A DNA stretch of 63,927 nucleotides, filler included, from Candidatus Methanoxibalbensis ujae (GTDB taxonomy: Archaea > Halobacteriota > Syntropharchaeia > Alkanophagales > Methanospirareceae): assembly GCA_026134085.1 (NCBI GenBank). It is 4 parts of 4 records of this genome, joined end to end, with 100 filler letters (N's around TTAATTAATTAA, not from the genome) between each part and the next. Parts side by side here need not be neighbours in the genome. Positions count along the whole stretch, not along the records: positions 1 to 20,273 come from JAOQIN010000033.1; 3 more parts are not named here. One strand, 5' to 3'. Below are positions 1-11,794 of the stretch, piece after piece. The position numbers were made by a program, and so were the translations under genes. Numbering within the stretch: position 1 is the stretch's first letter; each line of letters starts with the position of its first letter. Under the pieces are notes generated by a model, which ran no database searches, was not told where the DNA came from, and worked only from the letters and a program-made list of their open reading frames with translations.

Positions 1-60
1 AGAACAGACAATTTTTTATGTTTTACCAGAGCAGTATTGAGTTGCAAAAATTATCTGCAA

Positions 61-137
61 AAATTATCAGAGTTTGCTCACCCAAATGCTCGGCTTCGCC
101 TCGCACTTCGCATACCTGCAAACCGTTAAGTGAAATG
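61..137 (+). repeat. degenerate attC-like (integron cassette) hairpin site
   Basis: Imperfect inverted repeat CAGAGTTTGC...GCATACCTG around GGCTTCGCC, ending in GTTAAGTGAAATG. The tail TTAAGTGAAATG recurs at 4464-4475. Confidence 0.3.
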
Positions 138-349
138 CCCAAGCCCACTTTTGAAAAAGGAATTTTTATAAACAAATTTAAAAAGGAGGTGAAACTATGA
201 AGCAAAAACAAAAAACTACATCGGTGGCGTTGAAAGGACAATTTTATGGCTTCGGAGCGGGACGCTTCGACACTTCACTCCTCGCCATCATCCACATTTG
301 GAAAAGAAACATTTTTATATAGATTTAAATTCATAAACAGGGCGAAACC

Positions 350-1093
350 ATGAAGAAAACATCTCTATGGATATATATAAGTCTTATCATAACCCTTGCT
401 ATCTTAGCAGCGATCAATGTTTTCTTACCTCAGGGTTCTTTCCTACTAACTCCGCCACAAGAACTTCCAGCTTCCAAGCCAGTACTTGCCTTTGTGATTG
501 CAGCCATTGTGCTTATTCTCTATGGTGGCTTGGGCTTTATTGGATTAAAGCTCTCACAAGAACTCGGCTTTGCTGATATCTGGGATTCGAGAGTTACAAA
601 TAAACAGAGATTTTTGATTCCTGCACTTGTTGGGACAGCCATCGGCGTGTTTTTCATCTTCGCCGATATCATTTTGAGCCAATTTCACACCTTAGGACCG
701 CTTCCTCATCCGCCGTTTCCCGCTTCTCTCGTTGCTTCGGCTGTTGCTGGTATTGGAGAGGAAATAATATTTCGCCTGTTCTTCATCTCGTTTTGGGTGT
801 GGCTCGTTTCTTTTGTGATCTTAAAGAGGAGATGGCAAAATCAGATTTTCTGGATTATAGCGATTTTATCAGCTCTTGCATTTGCTCTTGGGCATATCCC
901 CTCGGTGATGATTATTTTGGGGTTGAATGCTGTTGATGAATTTCCACCTGCCCTTCTGAGCGAGATTATCCTTCTCAATGGAGTTCTTTCAATTTTTGCT
1001 GCCTATTATTTCAGGAAATTTGGATTTCTTGCTGCAGTTGGCATACATTTCTGGACAGATGTTATATGGCATGTTATCTGGGGGTTGATATGA
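350..1093 (+). CDS. CPBP (CAAX protease/Abi) family intramembrane metalloprotease
   Basis: Multi-TM protein with EEIIFR, FALGH and a C-terminal HFWTD motif. Confidence 0.85.
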   Translation: MKKTSLWIYISLIITLAILAAINVFLPQGSFLLTPPQELPASKPVLAFVIAAIVLILYGGLGFIGLKLSQELGFADIWDSRVTNKQRFLIPALVGTAIGVFFIFADIILSQFHTLGPLPHPPFPASLVASAVAGIGEEIIFRLFFISFWVWLVSFVILKRRWQNQIFWIIAILSALAFALGHIPSVMIILGLNAVDEFPPALLSEIILLNGVLSIFAAYYFRKFGFLAAVGIHFWTDVIWHVIWGLI

Positions 1094-1199
1094 GCGTAAT
1101 GATTGGGAGTTTTAACCGGACCAAGAAATAATCCGACGGAAGTGGAAGACCTCTGTATTCAGGTGAATAACTACCACAGAAGGATATGCTTTAGTTTAA

Positions 1200-2150
1200 T
1201 TCGCACAGATGAAGAAGTCGAGAGACTTCACGAAATCATTGGTCTGCTCACAGAAACCCCGGGTTTCTATGGAAGACTCAGCACAGGAGAGAATCTGCTA
1301 TATTTTGCAAGATTTTACGATATAGATGCGGATTCTCAGGTTGATAAAGAAGATGGGCTTATGGGAAAGAAGGAATGATAAAGAGGGAACCTAATGAATC
1401 ATGATGAATCAGCGGCTTGCACTTGCCAGATGCCTCGTCCACGAACCTGATGCGAACCTGATGCGAACCTGATGTATTGTTCTCAGATGAACCCACTTCG
1501 GGGCTTGACCCTGAATCTGCAAATGAGGTGCGTGAGCTCATAATGAGACTCAGGGAGGAAGGGCGCACAATTGTCAACCCATAACATAATCTGGATGAAA
1601 AAGATTATCAGTGCGGTAAAGAGCCCTGATTCTGTTCTGGATGTAGAGGAAGATGAAAGGTAACTCTCGAACTGAAAATCGCCCGGAACTTGTATGCATT
1701 GTGGAAGGAAGAGGCAACATAACAAGAGTGTTTGACAAGAGTGTTTGAAAAGAGACATTCGCTGGAAGAAATCTATTTTTCTCCGGTCAGAGAGGAGGAG
1801 GAGATGAGAGCATGAACGGAAGAATAAAATTATCGTAAGGGAATGGAAAGCTACTTTTGGCACCGCTTAAACTGCACATTTCTTATCTATCCGGTCATGA
1901 ATTTTACAGGTCAGATGTGCTGATCAAAACCACACTTGGAAAGGGGTTCTGTTATGATTGCAATAAGCTTTGCCTCATTCAGTATAATTGAGGAAAAACA
2001 GGAAAGAACCTCAGAACCGTTGTTTGCAACACCTGTGGGGACATGGGAATCACATGGATGGGCTCCGCTCATCTGTCTTTGGCTGAACTTTTTGTCTTCT
2101 CAGGTGTAATGATGATTGATTTTTGCTTCATGTTGCTAAGCTTTTTTAAC
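1200..2150 (+). pseudogene. degraded ABC transporter ATPase and permease
   Basis: Fragments in shifting frames: [69 protein letters not shown]. Boundaries are approximate. Confidence 0.65.
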
Positions 2151-2181
2151 GCGAATCAATTGTGGTGGAGGGGGAGATGAA

Positions 2182-3027
2182 ATGATAAAAATTGCACTGA
2201 TCATTTTGGGTGCAATTGTTGCTCTAATGGCCTCAGTTTGTGTTATGGGAAACATTGCATTCACTAAAAGGGTGAAGGAGGAGGCAAAGAGACTTTTTGG
2301 AGATGGGAGGGAAATAACACCAGAAATTGTTACCGATGAAGATATAGAGGGATTGCCTGAACCTGTTCAAAGGTATTTGAAATATACGCAAATCATAGGC
2401 AAGGAAAAGATTAAGACAGTGAGGCTGAAACAGGGCGGATATTTCAGGATGAAAGAGAATCAAAAGTGGATGCCAATAAAGGCAGAACAATACTTCAATG
2501 TGGATTCCGTTGAGTTTATTTGGATAGCAAAAGTAAGAGTTGCGCCTTTTATTTCAATATACGCAAAAGACGAATTTATTGAGGGCGAAGGAAATTTAGT
2601 GGTAAAGCTGCTTGGACTCATCAAGGTTGCTGATGCGAAGGGATATGAGGTTGATCACGGAGAAATTTTGAGATTTCTGGCTGAATGTATATGGTTTCCG
2701 TCAGCGTTTTTGAGCGATTATATAATGTGGGAAGCTATTGACAACAGTTCAGCAAAAGCAACGATCGGTTATGAAGGAATCAACGCTTCAGCTATTTTTC
2801 ATTTTAATGAAAAAGGAGAAGTAACAAAGATAACAGCAAAGCGATATAGAGAAGTGAATGGAAATGTACTTGAGGATTGGGAAGGGCAGATCGTTGAATA
2901 CAAGGAGTTTAATGGCGTTTTTATTCCAAACAAGGCGAATATTATCTGGAAATTAAAAACCGGAGATTTTTGCTACGATAGAATTGAGATTGTTGATATT
3001 GAATACAATAAACATTCGGTGTATTAA
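2182..3027 (+). CDS. DUF6544/DUF6920-like membrane-anchored protein
   Basis: N-terminal TM helix, LPEPVQRYL and RFLAECIWFPSA motifs, GGGGGAG RBS. Confidence 0.7.
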   Translation: MIKIALIILGAIVALMASVCVMGNIAFTKRVKEEAKRLFGDGREITPEIVTDEDIEGLPEPVQRYLKYTQIIGKEKIKTVRLKQGGYFRMKENQKWMPIKAEQYFNVDSVEFIWIAKVRVAPFISIYAKDEFIEGEGNLVVKLLGLIKVADAKGYEVDHGEILRFLAECIWFPSAFLSDYIMWEAIDNSSAKATIGYEGINASAIFHFNEKGEVTKITAKRYREVNGNVLEDWEGQIVEYKEFNGVFIPNKANIIWKLKTGDFCYDRIEIVDIEYNKHSVY

Positions 3028-3129
3028 GCGTATGAAGAAGGATATTTTGGCGGGCTTAGGAACTCTGCGGTGCTTTGCACATTGCCCGGGGTCACTTAAG
3101 GATATGTTTATGTATAAGTATAATATCAT

Positions 3130-4329
3130 ATGAAACTATTTTTTCGCAAAGTGCTCCGAGTAGTGCTTATTGGCTTCGTTCTGCTTGCGCTGTTCCTTGT
3201 GAGCTGGCTGGGCTATTGCTAGCTATTGCTATTATCTCACAACACAGGAGGACGGAGCTTGTGGAGAACCGATCATCACGATCAAGAAAAGCAACCATAC
3301 AGAAAAAGATGAAGAGCTTCAGCGTGTGCTGGACAATTACAGTGCTAAAAAAGCAGGGGTTGGACTGCAGGCCACCGTTATTTTTCCTGACGGCACCGTA
3401 TGGAGCGGAGTTTCCGGCTACGCAAGCCATGAGAAGAAGTGTCCCTTAACGCTGGATCACCATCTATACATCGGGAGCATGACAAAACTCTACACAGCGA
3501 CTTTGGTTATGGAGCAGGTGGAGAACGGGACGATTGCCTTGGATGATCCACTGAGCAAGTGGATAGATCTTCCTTATGCGGAGGAAATCACGGTAGGTTC
3601 TGAATCACACCAGTGGTATTCCCAGTTACACGGAAGACCTCTGGTTTCTTGTGCGGTGGTTTGGTTTTCCAGGAAAGCAATGGCAACCAGATGAACTCGT
3701 GGCGGTGATTCGCAGTAAGGGGCTAAAGTTTGAGCCGGGCTCGCGGCACGAGTACTCTAACTCCAATTATCTGCTCATCGGGATGATCTTAGAAAAGACG
3801 ACGGGCAAGTCCTATGGCTCATTGTTGCAGGAGCTTGCGAACAAGCTTGGATTAGAAAACACCTATTATCTCAACTACTCCAACAATATTCTCATCGCCA
3901 ACGGCTACGACGAAACGCTCCTTCATCTCGGCAGAAGGAATCTGGCAGGATTTCGCAGGTCATTGGAGACAGGGGCTTTCTCCGCGGGTGGAATCCTGTT
4001 CAGAGGATGTCGCCATCTTCGTCCACTCGTTGTTCACAGGAAGGATTTTAGACGGCTCGACCCTTGCCCAGATGAAGGCATTTATCAAGGCTCCCGATGA
4101 GGACATACCCTCGCAGATAGGATATGGGCTTGGCATAAGGAATTTAATCATAGGCGGAGAGAACCTCATAGGTCATACGGGTACTATTCCGGGGTACTCT
4201 GGCATTGCCATGCATAACGAGGAGAAGCACTACACCATTGTGATCTTGAGCGACCTGTCGGTCATTGAGCAAACACAACTCTTTGAAGAAGTTCAGAATA
4301 TAGTCATAGATAGTCAAATGCGAGGGTAA
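3130..4329 (+). pseudogene. frameshifted serine hydrolase (beta-lactamase/AmpC-like family)
   Basis: SxxK (GSMTK), YSN and GHTG motifs are split over ORFs 3326-3694, 3651-4100 and 3988-4329. Confidence 0.8.
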
Positions 4330-4382
4330 CAAAATATACAACACCTTCCCAACATAAAATGACAATCAAGAATGTCCATCTC

Positions 4383-4475
4383 GTATAACAGCGGGTATGC
4401 GGTTCGCCGTTGCTCACCTCTTCGCTCGCCGGAATATTCAGCCGGAATATTCATACCCGGACATTAAGTGAAATG
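4383..4475 (+). repeat. degenerate attC-like hairpin site
   Basis: GTATAAC-AG-CGGGTATG...CATACCCG-GAC-ATTAAGT. It lies just after a gene end and contains a 13-bp duplication, GCCGGAATATTCA x2. Confidence 0.35.
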
Positions 4476-4589
4476 GCCAATTCCTCAAGAATAATAAAAA
4501 AAGAGTTATGGGGAGGTGGATAAATGAGGCAATTGCAGCAGTAATAATTGCAGCAGCAGTAGTTGCTAGCATTGGAGTGATGAATCACT

Positions 4590-4907
4590 TTGGCCATCAC
4601 CGCACTTTTCATAGATGAATATCACGGCAGAATTGCTGAAAGACCTATAAAAGCAAAAAACCTGCTGCCAGAGGATCAAATTAACATTCATGCTGAATAT
4701 TTCAGGGAAATAACTGAAGAGTTCAGTTTAGGTAAAGGTCGGGTAAAAATAAAGGTTGAATGGGAGGAGGATGGTCAAAGAAAGGTCAAGATTTTACTCC
4801 CAGCTAAATCATCCAAACAACTACCAGTATTAGTTGAATTCTATGAGCACATAGGCAGATACAATGACCGTTTCTTTTTAGATTCCCACCAAAAAAGGAG
4901 ATTATGA
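4590..4907 (+). CDS. hypothetical protein (possibly a truncated or frameshifted exported protein)
   Basis: ORF preceded by a GGAGGTG RBS and a hydrophobic leader at about 4512-4580 in another frame. Confidence 0.35.
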   Translation: MAITALFIDEYHGRIAERPIKAKNLLPEDQINIHAEYFREITEEFSLGKGRVKIKVEWEEDGQRKVKILLPAKSSKQLPVLVEFYEHIGRYNDRFFLDSHQKRRL

Positions 4908-5606
4908 GGTGATCTATCAGTTCAAAGAGAACGGAAAAACTGTTAAGTGTGGAGATCTTCTACAACATGAGCGATGAGAATCCTTTTCAGTTTTCATGCA
5001 AATGAGACCTCATACATTGAATATCATGCAGTTTGGTCAGGACTGGATGCTCCTGTATGAATCCACCGCCCCGTCTTCTATGGGAGGTGAGTTTTGATTT
5101 TGATTTTGATTTGTCACCATCATAATAAATGCCAAACCTCCTGTCCTGGCTCCACTTCAGAACATGGGCTTTAGTGTTTTGTCATTGTTGTTGCTGCAAC
5201 GGCAATATTCCACTCTCCTGAATCCGCGCAAACTGTAATAATTTTAATAAAAATCCAACTTTTTTATCACGAAGCATACCATCCTCCTCGTTTTACAAAC
5301 GGTGCTAATTCCTACACTGCCTCCTATACTTTTAAACAGTTCAATACCCTCCTATACCCTTTCCTGCCAAAACATCCTTCTGTTCGGTCTGCTGAACTTC
5401 CCCCTTCATTGGGACTTCTCCTGTAAAGTTTACAGCGGACCCCTCAGTGTAGCCCTCGGTGTGGGATAATGAAACAGCGTGTTCGCAGCAACATCCATGT
5501 CTGCCGCCGCAGTCATGATTATTTCACGCACCATTTTCTTATTATGATGTTGATATCACTGACAGGGAGGTGATCGGGGGCGCGTAGAAGCAGCCGCCCG
5601 TCCGCC

Positions 5607-5897
5607 ATGGAATGGATGACGCTTGGCATTGTTATCATCTTTATTGGTTTCATCCTGATATTCGCGGGAATGCTCTGCGTGTTTTATCAGGCGTGGGAGG
5701 AAGCAGCAAAGCAGCATCCGCCACCTCAAAACAGTGAGGGGCACGGCGTGAGAGGCGGAGGAATCGTGATGATAGGTCCTTTCCCAATAATCTTCGGCAC
5801 AGATGCCACCTCTGTCAAAGTTCTGATGATTCTCGCTATAGTCCTTATGTTGATTGCATTCGCCCTCATTCTTCTCGGAAGCGGGATATTATATTAA
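5607..5897 (+). CDS. DUF131 (TIGR00304-type) small membrane protein
   Basis: GGIVMIGPFPIIFGTD motif between two TM helices. Confidence 0.8.
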   Translation: MEWMTLGIVIIFIGFILIFAGMLCVFYQAWEEAAKQHPPPQNSEGHGVRGGGIVMIGPFPIIFGTDATSVKVLMILAIVLMLIAFALILLGSGILY

Positions 5898-5979
5898 TCT
5901 TGTCTGTTGATCTGCGATATTTCACTTTCATACGGCTCCTGCGTCCGTGTGCTTTTTCCGCCTGAGTGTATGTCTGATG

Positions 5980-6088
<109 letters not shown>

Positions 6089-6093
6089 AGCAG

Positions 6094-7845
6094 ATGAAAG
6101 GAAGCGCTGGAATACTGATGAGAAAGCATGAGATAAAGGAGTTGTTGAGTGTTGCGAGTGGCGAAAAGCGAGCGGAGCTCGTGATAAAAGGTGTGAATGT
6201 AGTGAATGTGTGCTCATCTGAGATTTACGAGGCGGACATTGCAGTTCATAAGGGGATTATAGTTGGAGTTGACAGAGGTTATGAGGGCATAAGGGAGGAG
6301 GATGAGCGTGAGAAGTTTGCGGTTCCGGGTCTCATAGATGCGCACACGCATTTGGAGATGAGCATGTTATCCGCGAGTGAGTTCGCACGTGTTGTTGTTC
6401 CGAGGGGGACGACTGCTGTGGTTGCGGATCCGCATGAGATTGCGAATGTTCTCGGTGTTGAAGGTGTGCGTGCGATGATTGAAGATGCAAGTAGGACGCC
6501 ACTCAAGCTGTTTTTCACAGCTCCTCCCTGCGTGCCATCCACACGCACCGGACTTGAGACGGGTGGTGCAAGCATATCAGTAGCTGATGTGGAAGAGATG
6601 CTGAGAGATGAGAGATGCGTGGGTATCGCGGAGGTCATGGATGTGAATGCTGTGATAAGCGGTGAAGAAGAGATTTTTGCGAAGATTCTTGCTGCGAAGC
6701 ACGCCAAAAAGGCTGTTGACGGACATGCACCCATGCTGAGCGGGAAATTACTTAACGCATATGTTCTCGGAGGCGCATGCTCGGATCATGAATGCGTATC
6801 TGCAGATGAAGCGCTTGAGAAGATTCGCAAGGGAATGCATGTGATGGTCAGAGAAGGCACGGCAGCGAGAAACTTGCGTGCAATCGCACCTCTGCTGAGA
6901 TCTCAGTGCACCGAAAGATTCATGCTCGTGACAGACGGCGACAGAGCTACAGGCGATCTTTGGGAGAATGGATGCGCTGATTTCCTTGTCAGAAGAGCGA
7001 TTGAGGAGGGCATAGATCCCGTTAAAGCTGTGCAGATGTGCACAATAAACCCCGCAATGTTCTTCAATCTTAAAAACATTGGCAGCATAACACCGGGAAA
7101 AATCGCTGATATCGTCATAGTTGAAAGCATGGAGCGGTTTGAAGTGCGTAAGGTGTTTGTGAATGGTGTTGAAATAAAAGAAGAGGATTTTCCAGAACAC
7201 CCTTTCAACTATCCAAAATATGGAAAGAGCGTGAATGCAATTCCAGTTTCAGCTGAGAAACTCGTTCTCGCAGAGGAAAAAGCATGCAGGCTCACAGGTG
7301 AAAGAAGGAAAGCAAGAATAATACAGTTAGTTGAGAATGAGATAATTACAGAGGAGAAAAAAGCGGAAATAAGCGGTGTTAATGTGGAAAAAGATATTCT
7401 CAAGGTTGCTGTTATAGAGCGACACAATCGCACGGGCAATGTGGGCATAGGATTTGTGAGAGGATTTGGACTGAAAAGCGGCGCAATTGCATCTTCCGTC
7501 TCACATGATTCTCATAATATTGTTGTTGTAGGAACAAATGAGGGAGATATGGCGCTTGCATGCAACAGGCTGACTGATATAGGCGGCGGCATCGTCATGT
7601 GCGATAGGAGCTCGGTGATATGCGAGATTCCGCTGCCCATCGCGGGATTGATGAGTGATGAGCGTGTTGAGCGTGTGATTGAGCGCTGCAATCGCGTTGA
7701 TGAGGAGATGAGGGTGAGAGGATGTGGTATGAATGCGCTGTATGCGCTCTCTTTCATAGCACTTCCTGTAATTCCCTCTCTGAGAATCACAGATAAGGGG
7801 CTCGTGGATGTCAGAAAAGGAGAAATTGTGCCTGTGTTCTGCTGA
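6094..7845 (+). CDS. ade: adenine deaminase
   Basis: PGLIDAHTHLEMSM, DPHEIANV, DGHAP, SDHEC, REG and SHDSHN motifs. Start placed after the A-rich tract (6118 is an alternative). Confidence 0.92.
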   Translation: MKGSAGILMRKHEIKELLSVASGEKRAELVIKGVNVVNVCSSEIYEADIAVHKGIIVGVDRGYEGIREEDEREKFAVPGLIDAHTHLEMSMLSASEFARVVVPRGTTAVVADPHEIANVLGVEGVRAMIEDASRTPLKLFFTAPPCVPSTRTGLETGGASISVADVEEMLRDERCVGIAEVMDVNAVISGEEEIFAKILAAKHAKKAVDGHAPMLSGKLLNAYVLGGACSDHECVSADEALEKIRKGMHVMVREGTAARNLRAIAPLLRSQCTERFMLVTDGDRATGDLWENGCADFLVRRAIEEGIDPVKAVQMCTINPAMFFNLKNIGSITPGKIADIVIVESMERFEVRKVFVNGVEIKEEDFPEHPFNYPKYGKSVNAIPVSAEKLVLAEEKACRLTGERRKARIIQLVENEIITEEKKAEISGVNVEKDILKVAVIERHNRTGNVGIGFVRGFGLKSGAIASSVSHDSHNIVVVGTNEGDMALACNRLTDIGGGIVMCDRSSVICEIPLPIAGLMSDERVERVIERCNRVDEEMRVRGCGMNALYALSFIALPVIPSLRITDKGLVDVRKGEIVPVFC

Positions 7846-7877
7846 CTTACGCCTGTTCTGCTGATTTAAGATGCCTG

Positions 7878-8867
7878 TCATCTCGCATCAGTGACGCGCT
7901 CCTCAATTATATGGGAGAACTCATCTGCATCTCTCATCCGCTCAAGTTCGTCCCTGCGAATGAGCGCTGTTCTGTCTATCTGCACCCTTTTTATCTTTCC
8001 GTTCACAACGAACACGGACTTTGTGCCCGTTACTTCTGATATACTGCTCACCATCTTAGCACGCTTTATCAATTTGGATGTGCACTTGCTTATACCGGTG
8101 AGGATTCTATCTGCTTCCTGCATTTTTGGCATGCTTGCAGCATTTTCTCCGATAATCGCCACATCTTCGTCCTTTGGCATTGAAACTGCGTTGAATGGTG
8201 CGAATGCTGTTGTGAATATCTCAAATCCGATGCGTGCAATCATTCCCAGAACTCGCTTTTCAAGACTTGATAGCATCCTTTCAACAGACGGGACGCTGTC
8301 CACTGTTTTGAGAAAGTCTATCTGGCGTATTAAACTTGTTTCAAGAATCTCCTCAAGCTTCAGTGCTATCTCTATGGTTGTGCTTGCTCCCTGCTCGTAT
8401 TTTCTCACACTTTTTCTTGAGATGCCGAGCGCTGATGCAATATCTCCAAGCGATAAATTCTTTCGTTCCCTGGCGTTCTGCATGGCTTCACTATCTATAC
8501 TCACGAATATTCCGCCAGATGTTGAGTATGCGCATGGAGGCATGTCCTCAACGAAGCAATCATAGAGCGTCTGCGTGTTGACTGCCGGAATGCCGTATCT
8601 GTAATACACAACATCTGACTCAAGAGGATATCCTCCCCTCCTCTCACCAACAATGAGAGGCGCCGCCACAAGGAAGAAAGCCGCTCGCCTCATGCTCCTC
8701 GCAACCTCTTCACTCACAGCATCAATGTTCTGCAAAACCTTCACAAGTATCGTGATATCCTCCCTGGAAGCTGCAAAATCAAAACTGCGGGCATCACATA
8801 CACCCGACACAAGAAAACCTGCATCCCTCAGTATGCTGATAACCTCCGAAATCAGATGCCCCCTCAT
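7878..8867 (-). CDS. archaeal HTH-type transcriptional regulator (COG1395 family)
   Basis: Central Xre-type HTH (LSLGDIASALGISRKSVRKYEQG), with N-terminal SFDFAA/KVLQNID and GGIFVSID motifs. Confidence 0.85.
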   Translation of the reverse strand: MRGHLISEVISILRDAGFLVSGVCDARSFDFAASREDITILVKVLQNIDAVSEEVARSMRRAAFFLVAAPLIVGERRGGYPLESDVVYYRYGIPAVNTQTLYDCFVEDMPPCAYSTSGGIFVSIDSEAMQNARERKNLSLGDIASALGISRKSVRKYEQGASTTIEIALKLEEILETSLIRQIDFLKTVDSVPSVERMLSSLEKRVLGMIARIGFEIFTTAFAPFNAVSMPKDEDVAIIGENAASMPKMQEADRILTGISKCTSKLIKRAKMVSSISEVTGTKSVFVVNGKIKRVQIDRTALIRRDELERMRDADEFSHIIEERVTDAR

Positions 8868-9658
8868 CTCCGTAACTTTTATAATGTTTATTGATTATTT
8901 ATAATAGTGTCGGTATAATGTCGGTAATATCAGATGTTAATGTCGGTAATATCGGATGTCGGACTGTCGGAAACAGTGGAGGTTCTCTCGCTCCCCATGG
9001 CTTCCAACACGGGTTGAACAGGCTCCCTCCATTGAATCCTCAACATCAATGTGTTTCACAGTCTGCTATCAGATCGCAGCATAAGCAGCATACCATAACT
9101 GACAGTGCCTGTTCTTGTCTGTTTTGTGTTTTGTGTTTTGACAAACAGGCAGATGATGTTCTGCTTTGACATAATAAACACTCAAACAATCTTATTCAGC
9201 TATGTGGCTTTCTCATGTGCTCTTTCTCCCCTACAATTGCGCATTATCATTATTTTCTGATCTTATCCGCTCTTATGCAAATCACACCACTATGCCTGTG
9301 CCTTTAGCAGTGTGTTTGCAGACCATTCCCCTCCAATTGCCTCGCAACTGAACGAGATGCGTTCTCATCAAAAACTTCGGGGAACAGGAGAACGCTTCAC
9401 CACTGCGACGGGAACTCATCGCCTGAACAGCGCTTCCGCAGTCTCTGCGAATTAAAGCAGGATATATCGCATAAAATGTCAATCGGCATCACCTCAGGCT
9501 CTAAAATGTTGCAGATCGCACTGTTTAAGACGATGTTCGCAAACGCCTATGAGGATTTATTCAGGGTAGCGGGAAGCATGCTTCGCTGCTGCTGCTGCAT
9601 ATATCGCATACAGCCTCGGCAGCGGATATGTCGACACCTGAATCGTGGCTCCATGCAC

Positions 9659-9982
9659 TCAATCCTTTTCTGCACAAACCTCCTTCCTCAAAGCCTCAAG
9701 CTCCTTCTCCAGTTCCTCCAGCGAAATCACTTTCGTCTCTTTCTCAGGGACGCCTGCGAGTGCCCAGAAGAGTCTTGCTGTGATGAGCATGAGCTTCCCG
9801 GCGTAGCCAGGAGCGTAAGGCAGAAGATTTCCAGCAGCATCCCCGCACTTCTCAAGCGTCTCCTTCTCCAGTTCCGCAGCCCTCTCCGCAGCATACCCCA
9901 GGATTGAAATGCCACTTCCAAGAACCCGCTCACGAGCCGCATAAGCCTTCGCAGCCTCACTCGTGATGCGATGCACTCCCAT
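9659..9982 (-). CDS. hypothetical protein downstream of glnA
   Basis: Plausible globular composition, GAGGTG RBS before MGVHRIT, co-oriented with glnA. Confidence 0.6.
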   Translation of the reverse strand: MGVHRITSEAAKAYAARERVLGSGISILGYAAERAAELEKETLEKCGDAAGNLLPYAPGYAGKLMLITARLFWALAGVPEKETKVISLEELEKELEALRKEVCAEKD

Positions 9983-10036
9983 ATTTTCACCACCTCTCAC
10001 CACTCACACTCACAGTCATCTCCGAGAACCTCTCGT

Positions 10037-11509
10037 CTAATAATCAAGATACTTCATTATCTCCCAGGGGGTCACATAAAGGCAATACTGACTCCATTCG
10101 TCTATTTTCAGGCTCACGAAAGCCTCGTAGATATGATTTCCGAGTGTCTCCTGAAGCACTTCATCCGTTGTGAGGTGGTCTATTGCATCTCTCAGTGTTG
10201 TGGGCAGTTCCCCAATACCGTATTTCTCCCTCTCAGCAGGAGAAAGCTCATACATATCCATCCTCAGTGGTTCGCCGGGCTCTATCTTCTTTTTAATGCC
10301 GTCAAGACCCGCAGCAAGCAGGCAGGAGAACGCCAAATAAGGATTACAACTCGGATCAACCGCTCTATATTCACATCTCATCGCATTTGGACTCTTAAAG
10401 TAAGTGGGAACTCTCACCAGTGCACTTCTGTTTCGTGGCGACCAGCTGATGTTTATCGGCGCCTCAAATCCCGGAACGAGACGCTTGTAGCTGTTCACTG
10501 TCGGACAGCATATAGCGGTGAGCGCCTTTGAATGCTCAATCAGCCCGCCTATGAAATATCTTGCGGTCTGCGACAATCCGAACTCATCGTCTGCATCAAA
10601 AAAAACATTCTCCCCTCTGAAAGGCTCCCCCCTCCAGAGACTTATGTGCGTGTGCACCCCAGATGCACTGTCCAAATACAAAGGCTTCGGCATGAAAGTC
10701 GCAACCCATCCAAACCTCTTTGCGATGTTCTTCGCCACAAATTTGTATATGTAGAAGGCATCTCCGCACGGTATTAACTCCATGGGCTTGTAGTCAATCT
10801 CAATTTGTCCGGCAGTTGCAACTTCATGGTGGTGGCATTCTACCTTTACGCCCATTTTTTTGAGGTAATATGCGACTTCATTCCTGTATTCATTCGTTGT
10901 GTCCTCTGGTGGAGCCCTGAAATATGCCTCCTTCGGTCTTAAGATCAGTCCTCCGGGTCTGATTTCGGGAGATGAGGGCACCACACGAGGAGGGCCCCAG
11001 GAGTCTCCTTTGCCTCCTGCGGGAGACGCCCAAAGGTCATAAACGAGCTTCGTGGGGTCTATGCTCTCAAACACAAAATACTCGATCTCAGGCCCGAATA
11101 CCGCTCTGAATCCCATTCTCTTCGCCTTAAGCATAGCCCTGCGAGCAACATAACCGCGAGGGTCAACCTCCGAAATGACGCCTCCTCCTCGCTCTCCGAA
11201 TGCCTCGTATATGTCGCCGAAGATTATTGCTGATTTCTGAATGGTTTCTTCAATCCAAGGAACAACTCTCGTTGTGCCTGCATCAGGCACCCAGACCATG
11301 TCGCTCATTTCAATTGTCCTGAACCCTCTGATTGAAGAGCCGTCAAAGCCTATTCCCCTGTCAAACGCATCTCCCTCAATGAATTCCTCCGCAGGAATCG
11401 TGAAACTCTGGAGAATCCCCCTGAGGTCGCTGAACATGCATAGCACATTCTTCACCTCTCCATCCCTCAACCTCCTCCTCGCAGACTCCTTTTCTTCCTG
11501 TCCCGCCAT
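10037..11509 (-). CDS. glnA: glutamine synthetase type I
   Basis: FDGSSIRGF, HHEVATAGQIEI, FMPKP, NSYKRLVPGFEAP and NRSALVRVP motifs. Confidence 0.97.
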   Translation of the reverse strand: MAGQEEKESARRRLRDGEVKNVLCMFSDLRGILQSFTIPAEEFIEGDAFDRGIGFDGSSIRGFRTIEMSDMVWVPDAGTTRVVPWIEETIQKSAIIFGDIYEAFGERGGGVISEVDPRGYVARRAMLKAKRMGFRAVFGPEIEYFVFESIDPTKLVYDLWASPAGGKGDSWGPPRVVPSSPEIRPGGLILRPKEAYFRAPPEDTTNEYRNEVAYYLKKMGVKVECHHHEVATAGQIEIDYKPMELIPCGDAFYIYKFVAKNIAKRFGWVATFMPKPLYLDSASGVHTHISLWRGEPFRGENVFFDADDEFGLSQTARYFIGGLIEHSKALTAICCPTVNSYKRLVPGFEAPINISWSPRNRSALVRVPTYFKSPNAMRCEYRAVDPSCNPYLAFSCLLAAGLDGIKKKIEPGEPLRMDMYELSPAEREKYGIGELPTTLRDAIDHLTTDEVLQETLGNHIYEAFVSLKIDEWSQYCLYVTPWEIMKYLDY

Positions 11510-11794
11510 TCTCTATCCCTCCTTTATCATCCTACCCTCCTACCTCCTACCGCCGCCGCATACTCATTTCTGCCGCCGCATACTCATTTCGCATCTCCTC
11601 TTTTCCACTTTCCTCTCACCTCCCCTTTCTCGTCCTTCTCGTCTTCGTCCTTCTCGTCTTTCACTTCCTTCTCGTCCTTCACTTTGTAGTGAAGTCCGAA
11701 TTCAAAGTGATAGATACATTTTTTCTTGATCATAAGAAACTTTCACAAAAATCATAAGATGGAAAGGAGAATGAGCTGGTTAAGCAAAATGAAA

